A stretch of DNA of 64,000 bases from Blasia pusilla (lineage: Eukaryota), in the NCBI GenBank assembly GCA_050084515.1, contig CM114271.1, positions 21,142,001 through 21,206,000 of the forward strand, given 5' to 3'. Position 1 is the first letter of the stretch. Every line of letters begins with the position of its first letter. The notes beneath the pieces are model-generated. The model was not told the DNA's origin and ran no database searches. It was given only the letters and a program-made list of their open reading frames with translations. A program made the translations under genes and the position numbers. Below are positions 37,634 to 50,700 of this stretch, piece by piece.

Positions 37634-40600
37634 TGTCGTACGAATCCACATCGTCATAAAACATACATCGCTGACATACCATACTCATATACATACATAA
37701 CATAGACGAGAGCATCCACAAACACAAGTGTACCACAACTCGAAATCTGTGAAAGATCTACTGTCATGAAACACGTATAGAATCACATACAATCGAGCCA
37801 AACCCACTCCACCATGGGAGAATCTAGGTCGAAGCTTGCGGGAATCACCATAGCCAAGAGCTCTACTCACTACCAAGGCTAACTCCCAACGCAACAAGCT
37901 CAACTCAAAGAACTAACTATTCTTTGAGTGCACTCCACACTATATCCTCCAACCTAAGAGCAGACCCTACTGGAAAAGTCACCCTCAACTGAATAACCCC
38001 CAACCCTATGTATGAAACCGCACCTCTGCTTGGACACTACGGCCCTACATAAGGTATGGCCTCTACTAGCACACTATATTTTATGACATAATCCGTCATG
38101 ACAACTGTCGTGCGAATCCACATCGTGATACAACATACATCCCTCATATATCATACTCACATACATACATAACATAGACGAGAGCATCCACAAACACAAG
38201 TGTACCACAACTCGTCCCCCAAACTCTCTAACTCCCAAGTAGCCCTAGACATCTACTACATGCTATACACCTTCCTAGGTGTAGGATTCAGAAGGCCGGG
38301 TGCTAGGTTAACCCATCGTTAGTCGCACATGTGTAATCCATATCATGCAAAGATCAAGTCATCTACCTCTCCTAAGTACATCGAGGACAAACCCACCTTC
38401 CAGTAGGAACAACATCCATACGTGGAGTCAAACACATCATGTGCCAACCCCTAGAACACCGATCACACACCAACATAGGGGTTGCGTTACCAGCAGACCC
38501 ACACAACATGTCGCGACCCTCATGACCAAACAAGTGCCAAGAGGAACATCGGAACATTAGCGGGCTCACGCTAAGATGGTTTGCGCGTTGGAGTTGTCTC
38601 AAAGAGGAGACAAGATACGAGACGCGAACGAGGAGTCGCGTTTCAAGTGTTATGGTCGCGACTGAGAAACCAGGACCAAACGCGGAATGAGACTTGAAAG
38701 AAGTCGAGTCTAGGAAGTGGGTTGCCAAAAGGAAGATCCGGATCCGGATTAGGATCCGGATCCGAATTAGGAACGCCACTAGCGTTTGAGAGTTTCCGAC
38801 TGTATTTATGGCCATAACTTTTAACGCTGAGATGCATTTGGAGCAAATAAGGGTGCGTTGGAAAGCTTATGGAGAGCCGGTCCAAGCGCACCAAAAATCG
38901 CTTCAAACGCATAAGCAGCGGCCGAGATACGACCCGAAAACGACTGTAAGTGGAGTCGGGTTGAGGGCCACAATGAAGGGCCCGACCCTCTTTTCCCAAA
39001 GGGGAGGGGTTATTGGAGAACCCCAGAAGTACTAGTAAGGGGGAAGGTCTCCGAGAGTGCTTGGAACCCAAACCCCACTTTGGGCGCCGCGGGGCGGCTC
39101 AAGGGCATGGAACGGAACGCGAGTTTGGTCGTTGGGTTGGAAAACCTGCACCAAGTCCATTGAGGCAATTTTAGACATCCCTCTTGGATTTCACGCCGCG
39201 ACTCAATTACTTGGTTCTCGGTTCGGAACTCACACGAGGACCGTTGAACAGTTGGGATCGCTAGGCGTGCAAGTGCCGTTTCAGATCCCTGGACTAACCA
39301 GGAAGTCTGTTCCAAGTCTTGAAGGACTTGCCATGTTTTGGAAGCTAGGAACTAAGGAAGGTTGAGCTTGATGAGACGCCGAGTCAAGGACTCGGTGGGT
39401 TGGAACGCCGGTTGGCCCAGACCCGACTAACGAGAGTGCGTGTTTGGATGCAGATCGGCGATGAGTTCGTGACCTACTGAACGCACGCTTCCGTAACACT
39501 AAAGATTGACGTTCAACGAGAGTAGGGGCGCGACACAACATGCACCTCAAGCTAGCACGTATCATGGCTAAGCTTGGGTCAACAGTACCATCCACATTTG
39601 GTAGATGACATGGCGCACAATTACGCACATGGTCCCTCCAAATAACTCCATCACGAACCTCTAACATGAGAACTCCATAAGCTAACACCTCGCGCACTCG
39701 TAAAATACTGCGGCTTGCCACCACATCTAACGTTTTCAGTGCAATCTGCTGCAAATAGACATAGTTCCCCACATGGAACCTACAAATCAATGGTCGATAA
39801 CCTCCACCCCGAATGGTTGCATACCGCAACGTATCCCAGTGTTGAGCAATGGCAAGATTCTCAAAGGCTGTTGGCATAATTCTCCGAAAGAGCTCTGCCC
39901 GTTGAGAACACATTCTCATCCACATCTCTGGGTCATCAAGGTTCACCATCTCACTAGACTTCGGACGAATTTCTGGTGGCAAGTCTGGATCTCGGCCGTA
40001 TAACAGAAAATAAGGTGAGAAGGAAGCCAAGGATGCTTGGCGACTGAACCTATACCCCATGGCTAACCATGGCAACCGAATATCCCAGTTTCCAAGATGC
40101 CCCTTCTGTAGGCCATACTTGCGCAATGACCTCTTCACCGTCTGAACCACACGCTCAGCCAAACCATCCGCCTCTAGATGATCTCGAGACGTGGTCCAAT
40201 GATCAATCAATACCTTGTCACACAAGACCTGAAACTCACCCTGAAACTCTGTACCCTGGTCGGCCAGCACTTCAGCTAGTGCACCAAAATGACTAAGCAA
40301 AATGATTTGCCTTGTCAAGTAATGCCAACAACTCAATCCACTTGGAGAAGTGCTCCACCATCACCAACACATATCGATGATGTCGTACACTCAACGGTAA
40401 CGGACCCGCAAAGTTCACACTCCAATGGTAACCCAACCCCATAATAGGCAAAGGGTGTAACTGTGGTGTAGGGGCATTGAATGATGCCCTCACCCGGTCA
40501 CAAACCATACAACGTGAAACCAATTGCTGCACCTGAGTATGCATGCCACGCCACCAATACTGACCAAGGAGTAAGCTATACGTACGCTTTACCCCAAAAT

Positions 40601-43139
40601 GTCTCAACTCCTCATGGGCATGTCGCACAATGCGCTCTCTCTGAGCCAAATGCGGCACCACTCGTACTCTACCATCCTCTCATACACGGAGAATATGTGT
40701 TCTCTCCAATCGATACCTCTTAGCACGTTGAAGAACACGGTCTCGCTCCTTAGCACTCACTATGCCTCGCACCCTACTGGTCCGTAGGAACTCTAACACC
40801 AACGCATCATCATGAATATCATGTTGATCCATACCACCATCTCCAACCTTAGGATCTGAAGGCTAGCCATCTACCCTCTGACTAGAGTAAGATGTCATGT
40901 GGTCCTCCATACTAGAGTCCACCCCTAACCAACATAAAAAGGCAGATGCATGCCAACCTGGCACCATCTCCTCATCAACCTCGCCATGCCATCTAGCCCT
41001 AGTTGCATCCTCTTGGCTAGTATATGGGTTCCTACTCAACCCATCAGCATCAAGGTTGGCAACTCCATGTCTTCCATCAACCACTTGAGCGGCTGGTGAT
41101 CAGTAACAAGGGTAAACTGTGTGCCAAACAAGTAACACCTAAAGTCTACCACAACCCACACTACTGCCAAGCACTCTCCCTCATATGAACTATAGCGCAA
41201 CTCCGCTGCATTATTTGAACAACTTGCATAGGCCACCAAAAACTCCATGTGCTCATCATCATGTTGTGTCAACACCACTCCAAGTCCCAACCTACTCCAA
41301 TCAGTGTGTAACTGAAATGGGCGCCCTCTGATAGGTCTCCTCAAGATAGGCGCCGTCACCAACTGGGCCTTGAGCTCCAAAAAAGCTCTCTCCTGATCAT
41401 CTCCCCAGTGCCACTCCTAATCTGATTTCAGAAATTGGTTCAAAGGCTTTGCCATAACACTAAATCCCTTCACATACCTCCGATAGTAGTTCGCCAATCC
41501 CATGAATGCCCGAACTCTACTCAAATCTACCGGACGAGGAATAAGTGCAATAGCCTCCACCTTTGCTTGTTGAACTCCCAAACCACCTGGATAGATCACA
41601 TGACCCAAGTACTCGACATCCTCATGGAAGAACTTACACTTTCTTGGATGCAAACGTAGACCATGAGCTTTCAACCGCTCAAATACAAACTGAAAATGTA
41701 TCTGATGATCCTCCACCGTGTTACTGAACACCAAGATATCATCAATGTAACACCCAACAAAATCCAACCCTGCTAGGATCCTGTCCATCACTCTATGAAA
41801 CTCGGTAGGTGCATTCTTCAGCCCAAAGGGTAAGAATTTCCACTGGTACAAACAATCCTTGCCATGAGAGTTGACACCCCAAAATATTGTCTTGGCCTTG
41901 TCACTCTCTTGAATTCGCAACTGATGGTATCCTGCTCGAAGATCCAAAGTACTGAAAATCTTTGCCTGTCCCACCACATCAAAGATCTCCTCAGGTGTAA
42001 GCATGGCATACCTATCGGCCTTGGTCTGCTGATTGATAGGACGGTAATCTCCACGTATCCGCCTATCCGTGTAGTTGCCATGCACATCCTTTTTAGCACG
42101 CATGATAGTGGCTGATGCATACTCTTCATGCGAGAACTCCACTAATCCAGCCTCCAAAAGGTCCAACGTCCTACTCTGAATCAGGTCCCTCTCCATATCA
42201 CTATATCGGTAGGGATGACAGAAGATTGGCGAATCAGTAGCCAAATCAATCCGTATACCGGGTCCAACCAAAGCACCCAACTCCTTCATGCTAAAGGCAA
42301 AACAACTCCTATAAGCACGTAGGAATTGTGTCAAGCGTCGTTTCTCACCTCCCCTAAGCTTGGGCCCAAATAACGGCTCCCAAGTCTCCTCCATCGGCAC
42401 ACTAGAGGGAGAGGACGACGCCATTGGCTGCTATGCAACCCCCTCACAAGATGGTACACCCTTAGCTACACCATCATCTGAGCAAATAACTCCTCCAGCA
42501 GCATGAGCAACCAACTCCACATGCCCAGCCATTACGAACCAGAGTCTTCAATCCTTGATAACTTCCAACTCCCTTAACAAAATCCAGCAATCTAAAGCGC
42601 ATTGGAAAGCTCTAAGCAAGGCGCTTCTTTGCTAGCCAACCACACACCAGATTCATACCTCCAACATAGGCCACAAGCTACGAACATCCATGGTTGAGTA
42701 CACAATCAGCCCTAACCAGATCCTAGTGATCCACGATCGAAGCTACCATCGATCTACTCCAGTTCTTTGAGTGAAATCCGTGAAAGACCTACTGTCATAA
42801 AACACGTATAGAATCACATACAATCAAGCCAAACCCACTCCACCATGGGAGAATCCAAGTCGAAGCTTGCGGGAACCACTATAGCCAAGAGCTCTACTCA
42901 CTACCAAGGCTAACTCCCAATGCAACAAGCTCAACTCAAAGAACTAATTGTTCTTTGAGTGCACTCCACATTATATCCTCCAACCTAAGAGCGGGCTCTA
43001 CTGGAAAAGTCACCCTCAACTGAATAATCCCCAACCCTATGTATGAAACCGCATCTCTACCTAGACACTACGGCCCTACATAAGGTATGGCCTCTACTAG
43101 CACACTATACTCTACGACATAATCCGTATGGTCATGACA
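37634..43139 (-). mobile_element. Ty3/Gypsy copy 2 (RT-RNaseH-IN-PHD; gag, PR and DNMT absent) with split direct repeats A1...B1-A2-B2
   Basis: RT ORF 41417-42424 ('YIDDILVFS'), RNase H 41036-41380, integrase HHCC and core 39540-40661, PHD 38372-38508 plus 39536-39550. A1 42773-43139 matches A2 37742-38103; B1 38106-38214 matches B2 37634-37742. Termini TG...CA; flanks CCAT/GCAT. Confidence 0.93.
38509..39535 (+). mobile_element. Solo LTR (~1.0 kb family) inserted in the PHD finger of Gypsy copy 2, TSD CAACA
   Basis: CAACA|TGTCGCG...CGCGACA|CAACA. Removing it restores 'LRCMLCGSAGNATPMLVCDRCSRGWHMMCLTP..GRWVCPRC'. Confidence 0.95.
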
Positions 43140-44164
43140 GCATACTTCCACCAAGAATTGAGGACAAGCCTTCTATACTTAATGAAGTTGAAAATCCATT
43201 GGGGAGCATACTTCTATGTCAGAAAACGGCTAATATTGGGAGGATTGTAAAATTCAACAAGTTCCTCAATCTCGCACGGACTCCAAACTTCCAAGAAAGT
43301 GATGTAAGAAAACTTGGAATGCCATCAATTGTAAGTCAAACAACAGGCCGTCTTGATCTTGGGAAGATTACTAAAATTTGTCCTTCGTGTCATGCTCTCC
43401 ATTGGACATGTGAGAAGATGAAGGCTATAAGATTTTGCAACTCTTCTTTTGGCATGTGTTGTGAACATGGAAAAATACAACTTCCCTTCTTGAAAAAGAA
43501 TCCTCCTTTCTTACAATCATTGATTTCATGTATTGGTGCTAAATGTGCCCACTTTCTTATCTATGGTCAAGCTTATAATTCAGCATTACAATTAGCCTCT
43601 ACCGAAGCTCATGTGACGGACCAAATTGGTGGTATCAGACACTTTAGGGTACAAGGTGGCATCTACGATACTATTGGGAGCACTACATCTAGAGGAAGAT
43701 GATCATCCTAGATTTGCTCAGATCTAGATTCATAATACCAAGAATGAGTTGGAGTATGAAGGAAGAGTTATATCGTATGATCTCCAACTTAACAACTTAC
43801 AAGGGCTACGAGAGATGTTACATGAGCATAATCCCTATGTTAAGGTATTTCATCACATCACAAATGAGGAAAGTAATCGCACTGTGCTCATCATCCTAAA
43901 GGCAAGTAAGTGTGGTCTTGAGGAAAACCTTTACAACTTACCATTGGATTTTGAAATTGCAGCAATTTTGCCAAGTGATGGAAGTGATTGTGTTGATTTA
44001 CAGGCGACAATTACATGAAGGGGGCACAAGACGTATATCAGACCAAAATGAAGCGTATATTCCGCTACACTTTGCTTTGTTATCTGTTTATGGTGAAGCG
44101 GGTTGGCATCCAAGAATACCATTTGGGAGTTTTCCACAGACTACAACAAGTAGCGCTATAAGGG

Positions 44165-44219
<55 letters not shown>

Positions 44220-44737
44220 AGTTGATAGAGATATAGGATATATATATGATGACTCAATGTTGATAGAGATATAGAATGTTCTGATGACTCAATGGAAGAG
44301 GATAGAGTTGATGGTGGAATAAATAAGATGACATTCACGAGGAATCAAAAGAGTATTACAACGTTGCAATTTGCATCTTTTTTACTACAGAAATGACTTG
44401 GATCTGAAGATGATAATCGATTACTTTGATTTGGTCGCCTTACTCAAAAGTACATGGTTGATCTCTATGCTACTGTAGAGATGCAAAGATTATGTTGCGT
44501 TTGATTAAATCAAAAGGAGTTACGGGATGAATTGTATCAAGGTGTAAGAGATGCCTTACATCCACATGATATGGATGGGGCGAGGTTTGGGAGACGCATT
44601 ATTTTGCCTTCTCCTTTTAGTTGGGGGCCACCTCACATGCATCAACTATATCAAGATGCAATGGCCATTGTGAAGCGCTTTGGAAGCCTGATCTGTTCTT
44701 GACCATGATATGCAATCCCAAGTGGGAAGAGATTACA

Positions 44738-45223
44738 TGTGAGAAAATAGAATGTGATAAAATCACTGAAATGTATTACAAATCTTGGAGATAAAAATTG
44801 GCCTAGTCCGTCCGTGCGCTCACAGAAGAGCTTTGATGGAACTTGAAGACATGAACTTGACATACGAGGATGCGCTACCGCTGCGGCTCCCGATTATTTC
44901 ACTACTCATAGACTTTGGTTTTTTACCTATTTTTCTTTGTTTCTATTTACCTTTTTTACATTTTGCCACAGGTTGCGCCTCCTGCGTCGTCTTGGCATAC
45001 CAAGGGTTGTGCCCTTGGATCCTCGAGACGCATCAGGATGCCCCGCACCCTGATGCAATATATGGTTAGATAATCCTAGTAGCGCTACTCCATAAACTTC
45101 CTATGTCATATTACTATGACTCCTTCGACGTCAAAGTCATAACCATTAATCTAGGCTTCTCCTCATATAAGGAGGCCGATCAAATAGATGGTGCTGAGAG
45201 AAGTGGATGATGAGAATCCAACA
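44738..45223. mobile_element. Solo LTR (486 bp) inside the Helitron Rep domain, TSD TTACA
   Basis: TTACA|TGTGAG...TCCAACA|TTACA. Removing it rejoins 'CNPKWEEIT' to 'SALLLGQTTID'. Confidence 0.8.
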
Positions 45224-45699
45224 TTACATCGGCGTTATTACTTGGCCAAACTACTATAGATTGACAGAATTTGGTTGTGCCCATTTTTGAGAAAAAAAAA
45301 AAAAAGAAGTTACTACAACTTACTATGAAGAAGCATATCTTGGGTCGAGTTTTGGGATGTATTCATGTGGTGGAGTTTCAAAAAAAAGGTTTACCAAATA
45401 TCCTTGTCTTGATTGTTCTTGGACATGAGGACAAGCCACATACCACTTCTGATTATGATGATATTACCTTAGCTAAAATTCCTGATCCGGTCACGCAACC
45501 TAAACTCTATTCTACTGTGGCTAATTGTATGGTTCATTGTCCATATGGAGAATCAAATACAAATGCTCCATGTATGGATAGGGGGAAAAATGCTTTTGCG
45601 GCCGTGACTTCAGAGATTGAAGATGGCTACCTATTCTATCAAAGGTACTTAAGCTATTAATTTCTTAATGAAATATTAAGTAGAGCTTCATGTAGTATG

Positions 45700-45839
<140 letters not shown>

Positions 45840-47722
45840 TATTTATTTATTTATTTGTTGTAATCTTTGGGATATCTTGGATCTCTTCTGATATTTTTTC
45901 TCTGTTACATATGCTAGATCGGACGATGGAAAGAAGATAATGAAGCGCGACAAGTGCTTAGAGAATCAATGGGTCATACTTTATAGTCATTTATTATGTA
46001 TCCTCTTTGATTGTCATATGAATTTGGAGATCACAAACAATATTTTTGCGATTTAATACTTATTTAAGTACATAAGTAAGGAATCTTATGCTATATCATT
46101 TCAGGTCTAAAAAGATATGGATACCTCCATGACAATGCAAATTATTGATGAGATAGACTTATATCTCGATGCAAGGTGAGCTTCGATTCACAGAATTAGA
46201 TTTCCTTCTCGATTCTAATTGATTGTTTTTCGAATGATATGACATACATCGAATTCTATAAAGTAAGTTCTCTTGGAATTGTATGTATGTATGTATGTAT
46301 GTCTCTTGTTCAGAGGCATTCTGACGACTTTTCAGTTTAATTTATAAGTGGAACAACCAAGTGTTATGAGATTGGTTGTTCATCTATCAGAGGCACAAAC
46401 TATTTACTTCAATGATCATTATATGCCTAAGGATATTTTACAAAGAAATAGGGAGACCAGCTTAACTCAATGGTTTGTTGCTAATGAACTTGATCAAACG
46501 GCTCGAGAGTATTTATATCTTGACTTTCCTTTATATTATTGCTAGAGTACAAAAAATGGATTCGTACAGTACAAAGAAGAAATGGTTGTGGTCATGCAAT
46601 TGGATGCTTATACCTTACTCATCAAGGTAAACACTTTATGTTATATTATGCTTCTATAGCCATTATTTTTAATTTGGGTTGAGTTTCTTATCTTATTTTT
46701 GAAATAAGATATGCAAGAAAATGAATGATTTTTATTCGATATTAAATGATCTTATCAATTACATATATCTCAACAGGTGATGGACAACGTCACTGGTTGG
46801 GGTTACTTCTTCATCATGTTCGAGATGCGACTTCCTATAAACAATTAAGAATTGTACATGGAGTCATATATCCAACTTTTAATGAAGTTGGTATTCAATT
46901 GGGACTTCTTTAGGATGAAGATGAAGTCTTCTCTTGCTTACAAGAAGCTTCTAAGATTCATACAGGTTCCTCACTTTGCCGATTATTTGCCGTTATTCTA
47001 GCTTATTATACACCTGATAGACCTACAACAGTATGAAGTCAATTTTTGGCTCCATTCATGGAGAGGATATTGTATGAACAACGTGAGGTAAGCAAAAGAA
47101 ATAAAACTTTGCTCATCTTTCTTTTTCTTTTCCTTCTTCCTGTTCATTATCATATCTTTTGATGGTTGGCTATTGGAGGTTGGAGAGGGTTGTGTGCCGT
47201 TACACACTTCTTTGGGAGAAGATTTTTTTCGGCTGCCATCTAACATGGTTGTTCATAGCAAGAATGTAAATGATCTTCTTGGTATTATATATGGGAATGA
47301 TCTTCAAAGGTTTCATGATATCAAATTTTTGAAGATACACCTATTCTCACATCAAGAAATAGAAATGTTGATGACATAAATACGGAAGTCATGTCTCAAT
47401 TTTCTGGGGAGATAATAACTTTTACTCTTAATATTCTTATTCTTAAGGAAAATAACTTCATTTCATTTAATTTTTAAATTTAGATAATTTATGGAAAAAA
47501 AAATTCTAACAAGTCTGTGTCATGTACATGAGCATGTTTATCTTAGTGTTGGTTCACTTCCAAACAAGGGAATGAGTTGTATCTATCCAACATAGTTCTT
47601 AAATACATGTTTATCTTCTGGACTACCTCCGCATCGCTTTAAACATTGGTGCACCAATTATGCTTTTATGGAACATGAATGGGGCCAAAGGACAAGAAAT
47701 CGGTGTATCATGCAACATATTA

Positions 47723-50700
47723 TGTTAGATAAATACATTTTAGATAAAGGTGTTCGACTTAAAATGTGTTAAAGGAACTACCTAAATGCTGCTACTCTTA
47801 GCAATCCGACATCTAACCTAAGACACTTGATCACTTGACTAGAAGGGCCACTTGGTCAGTTGGCTACTTGGCCACTTGACCACTTGGCCACTCAACCATA
47901 GAGTATCTTATCTCTAGCCACTATCCAGATTAGTATATAGTCTGGGGCTTGAATAAACATCATACTTGAAGTTCTCCATAAAGTTTAGATGTAGGTTTAC
48001 CATTGTATCATTACCATTGTGTATACATCTCTCATATATTTCTAACAAGTTATGGGCCTGAATGGGAATCACGATGGTTTCCATGTTGGAATCTTTGATG
48101 GTTCTGACTGGAAAGAGTGGAAGAATCGTGTTCACAATCTTCTTGTTTACAGAGATTTATGGGACGCAGTTGCTAAATGAGTATATAATACATCTGTGCC
48201 AGATGCGTCACCTACCTCTCCTTCTGAAAGTGCAGATAAAGCACCTCAAGTATATGTTCATCAACATATACTTCAAACACGGACTATTCAGCAGAATGAA
48301 AAGTTAGAAAATCAGGCTCGCGCTCTGATTTGTTTACATTTGATATGAGAACCTCTGGCTCTAACAGAACATCTTGATACAACTCAAGAATTATGGGCCT
48401 GCCTATATCGTAATTATGATACGACAGGTTCATTCTCTTTACTACACTTACAAGCGTCCATGTACAAACTCACTGTTGAATCTTGCAGATCACCTCAAGA
48501 TTTTCTGTCACAACTCAAGATTACTGCAAATAATCTTGCATCCGTAGGATCTCCTGTTCCAAACACACATCTATTCACTTTTGCAATTAGCAAACTTCAT
48601 GCTGAATACAAATCTCTCATTCACGTATTGATGTAGAAAGATAAACCTTCTTTTGACGATCTTCAAACTGGAGTATTGTATGATTCTGAACTGGATAACC
48701 TTCCAAATTTGAAAGTATTCTAGTTTCCAATTCTATTCATAATTCTACCAAGAAACGTCTATTTAAGTCTATGTTTACTAAGTATCAAAGAAAAATTCCT
48801 CAGAGGAATGCCAAACAGCCTTATTGTTACATTTGTAACGAGAAAGATCACATCTCAAGCAAATGTCCTAACAGAAAATTTCTCAAGAAATTTTGTGAGT
48901 ATTGCAAAACTCAAACATAAGATATCTCATCTTTGCTAGTCAATACTTCACCTATCACTCAAGCATTAACACGCTCCACATGTGAGGAGCTACAACCACA
49001 TGAACCACTCTATCTGTTCATGATACAAAGATCCTCTACATCTCTTTCCCAGATCTTTCCAAACTTTGGATCCTTGATTCTGGTTCAAATTCCCATGTTT
49101 GTTGTCAAAGAGAATTGTTCTCTAATTTCCTTCCTATTTCTCCAATTCTCATTTCTGGAATAGGCAATGGCAAAATATATGCTACAGCTACTGGGAATGT
49201 TCAATTAAAGCTTTTTGTCAAAGGCTCTTTGGAATTACATACTCTTTCCAATGTTCTGTTCATTCCTACAAGACAACACAATATTGTTTTTGTGAAGAAA
49301 CTTGTTGAAAGTCTATAGATATCCTTTTCTATTCTCACAATATGTCTTTTGAACAAGCAAGGTCATTGTTTAGGTACAGGTTTTGCCAGGCATGGCATGT
49401 ATCTAATTGAATGTCAATCTTGTACTCCATCGATAATTTTGATAGCCAGAAGTTCATCCAATCTCTGGCACAATCATATGGAACCTCTCAACAATCAGCA
49501 TTTATTGCAACTACATCAACAAAAAATGGTTCAAGGTCTAGATCATATCAATGATCTCAATTTCTGTACAAACTGTGTTAAAAGCAAGCTCATCAGGCAA
49601 CATATCACAGGAGATGGACAAGATCTTCTTGTTCAAAAGGCTCTAGATCTGATTCACAATGATCTACCAGGACCAATGAAGACACCCAGTATTAGAAACG
49701 CCTACTATTTCTGTACTTTTCTTGACCAATATACAAAGAAATCCTTTGTCTATATTCTTCACAAGAAGTCAGATGTCTTTTCTACATTCCAGAAGTTCAA
49801 AATCATGGTTGAGAAAGAAACCGGTCTCCAGATTCGTGTTCTCAAAATAGATGGAGGTGGTGAATACATAGACTCTTCTTTCCAAGTCTTTCTTCAGACT
49901 TTTGGTATTCTTCATCAACGCATAGGAAGAGATTCTCCTATGTAGAATGGATCTGCTAAAAGACTCAACCACACACTACAGGAAAAGGCAAGATGTATGC
50001 TCATTCACATGCGCCTTTCTATATCATTTTGGGGAGAAGCAATTGTTACAGCTAACTATCTTCGAAACTTGAGTCCTACTCAAACTCTTTCAACAACACC
50101 TTCTGAAGCTTGGAGTGGTCTCAAACCTACTCTCACATATCTTCGAGTGTTTGGATGTCAATAATTTGCTCTCATTCCAGTTGAGAGAAGAAGAAAGATG
50201 GATTCTACGGGTGAAGAATGTATATTCCTTGGTTATCATATTGGTTCTAGATGTTATAAACTTTTCAATCCCAATACAAAACGTGTTTTTCTTAGCAAAG
50301 ATGTTGTCTTCAATGAAGATACTCCTTTCACCTTCTCTCTTGTTGTTCACTCTACTTATTCTCCATTTTTTTATTCTTTCCCAGTAGAAAACTCTGAACC
50401 GATAACTGTCCCTAAAGCAATTAAAAAAAAAACTACAGTTCAGAAAAATATTTAAATAGTGGGAGATACTTCAAGAAAAATAGGTGTTGTTGCTTTAGAG
50501 AAATCCATGGGACATTTTCCCACGTATTTTCATCCTAGGCGATCATCATGAACATCTGTACCAGTACATATGTATGATACTGCTTGCTCAAACATTCCTC
50601 TCTCTTCTTGTATCCAATCTGATCCACTCACAAGAACAGAAGCCCTCTCTAGATCAGATTCTCATGGTGGCAAACTGCTATGGAAGCTGAAATTTCCTCT

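Noticed and set aside
38643-39365. Near-identical ORFs at 16867-17421 and 38643-39365 that look like a duplicated gene
   Set aside because: Both lie inside copies of the same TSD-flanked solo LTR and show no protein motif.
42660-42700. 'TMDVRSL' on the minus strand as a remnant of DNMT motif X in copy 2
   Set aside because: Too short, with no other methyltransferase motif nearby.
37634-43139. Classification as a DIRS/Ngaro tyrosine-recombinase element
   Set aside because: It has a Gypsy-type RT/RNase H and an HHCC plus DDE integrase with TG...CA ends; no tyrosine recombinase motifs were seen.
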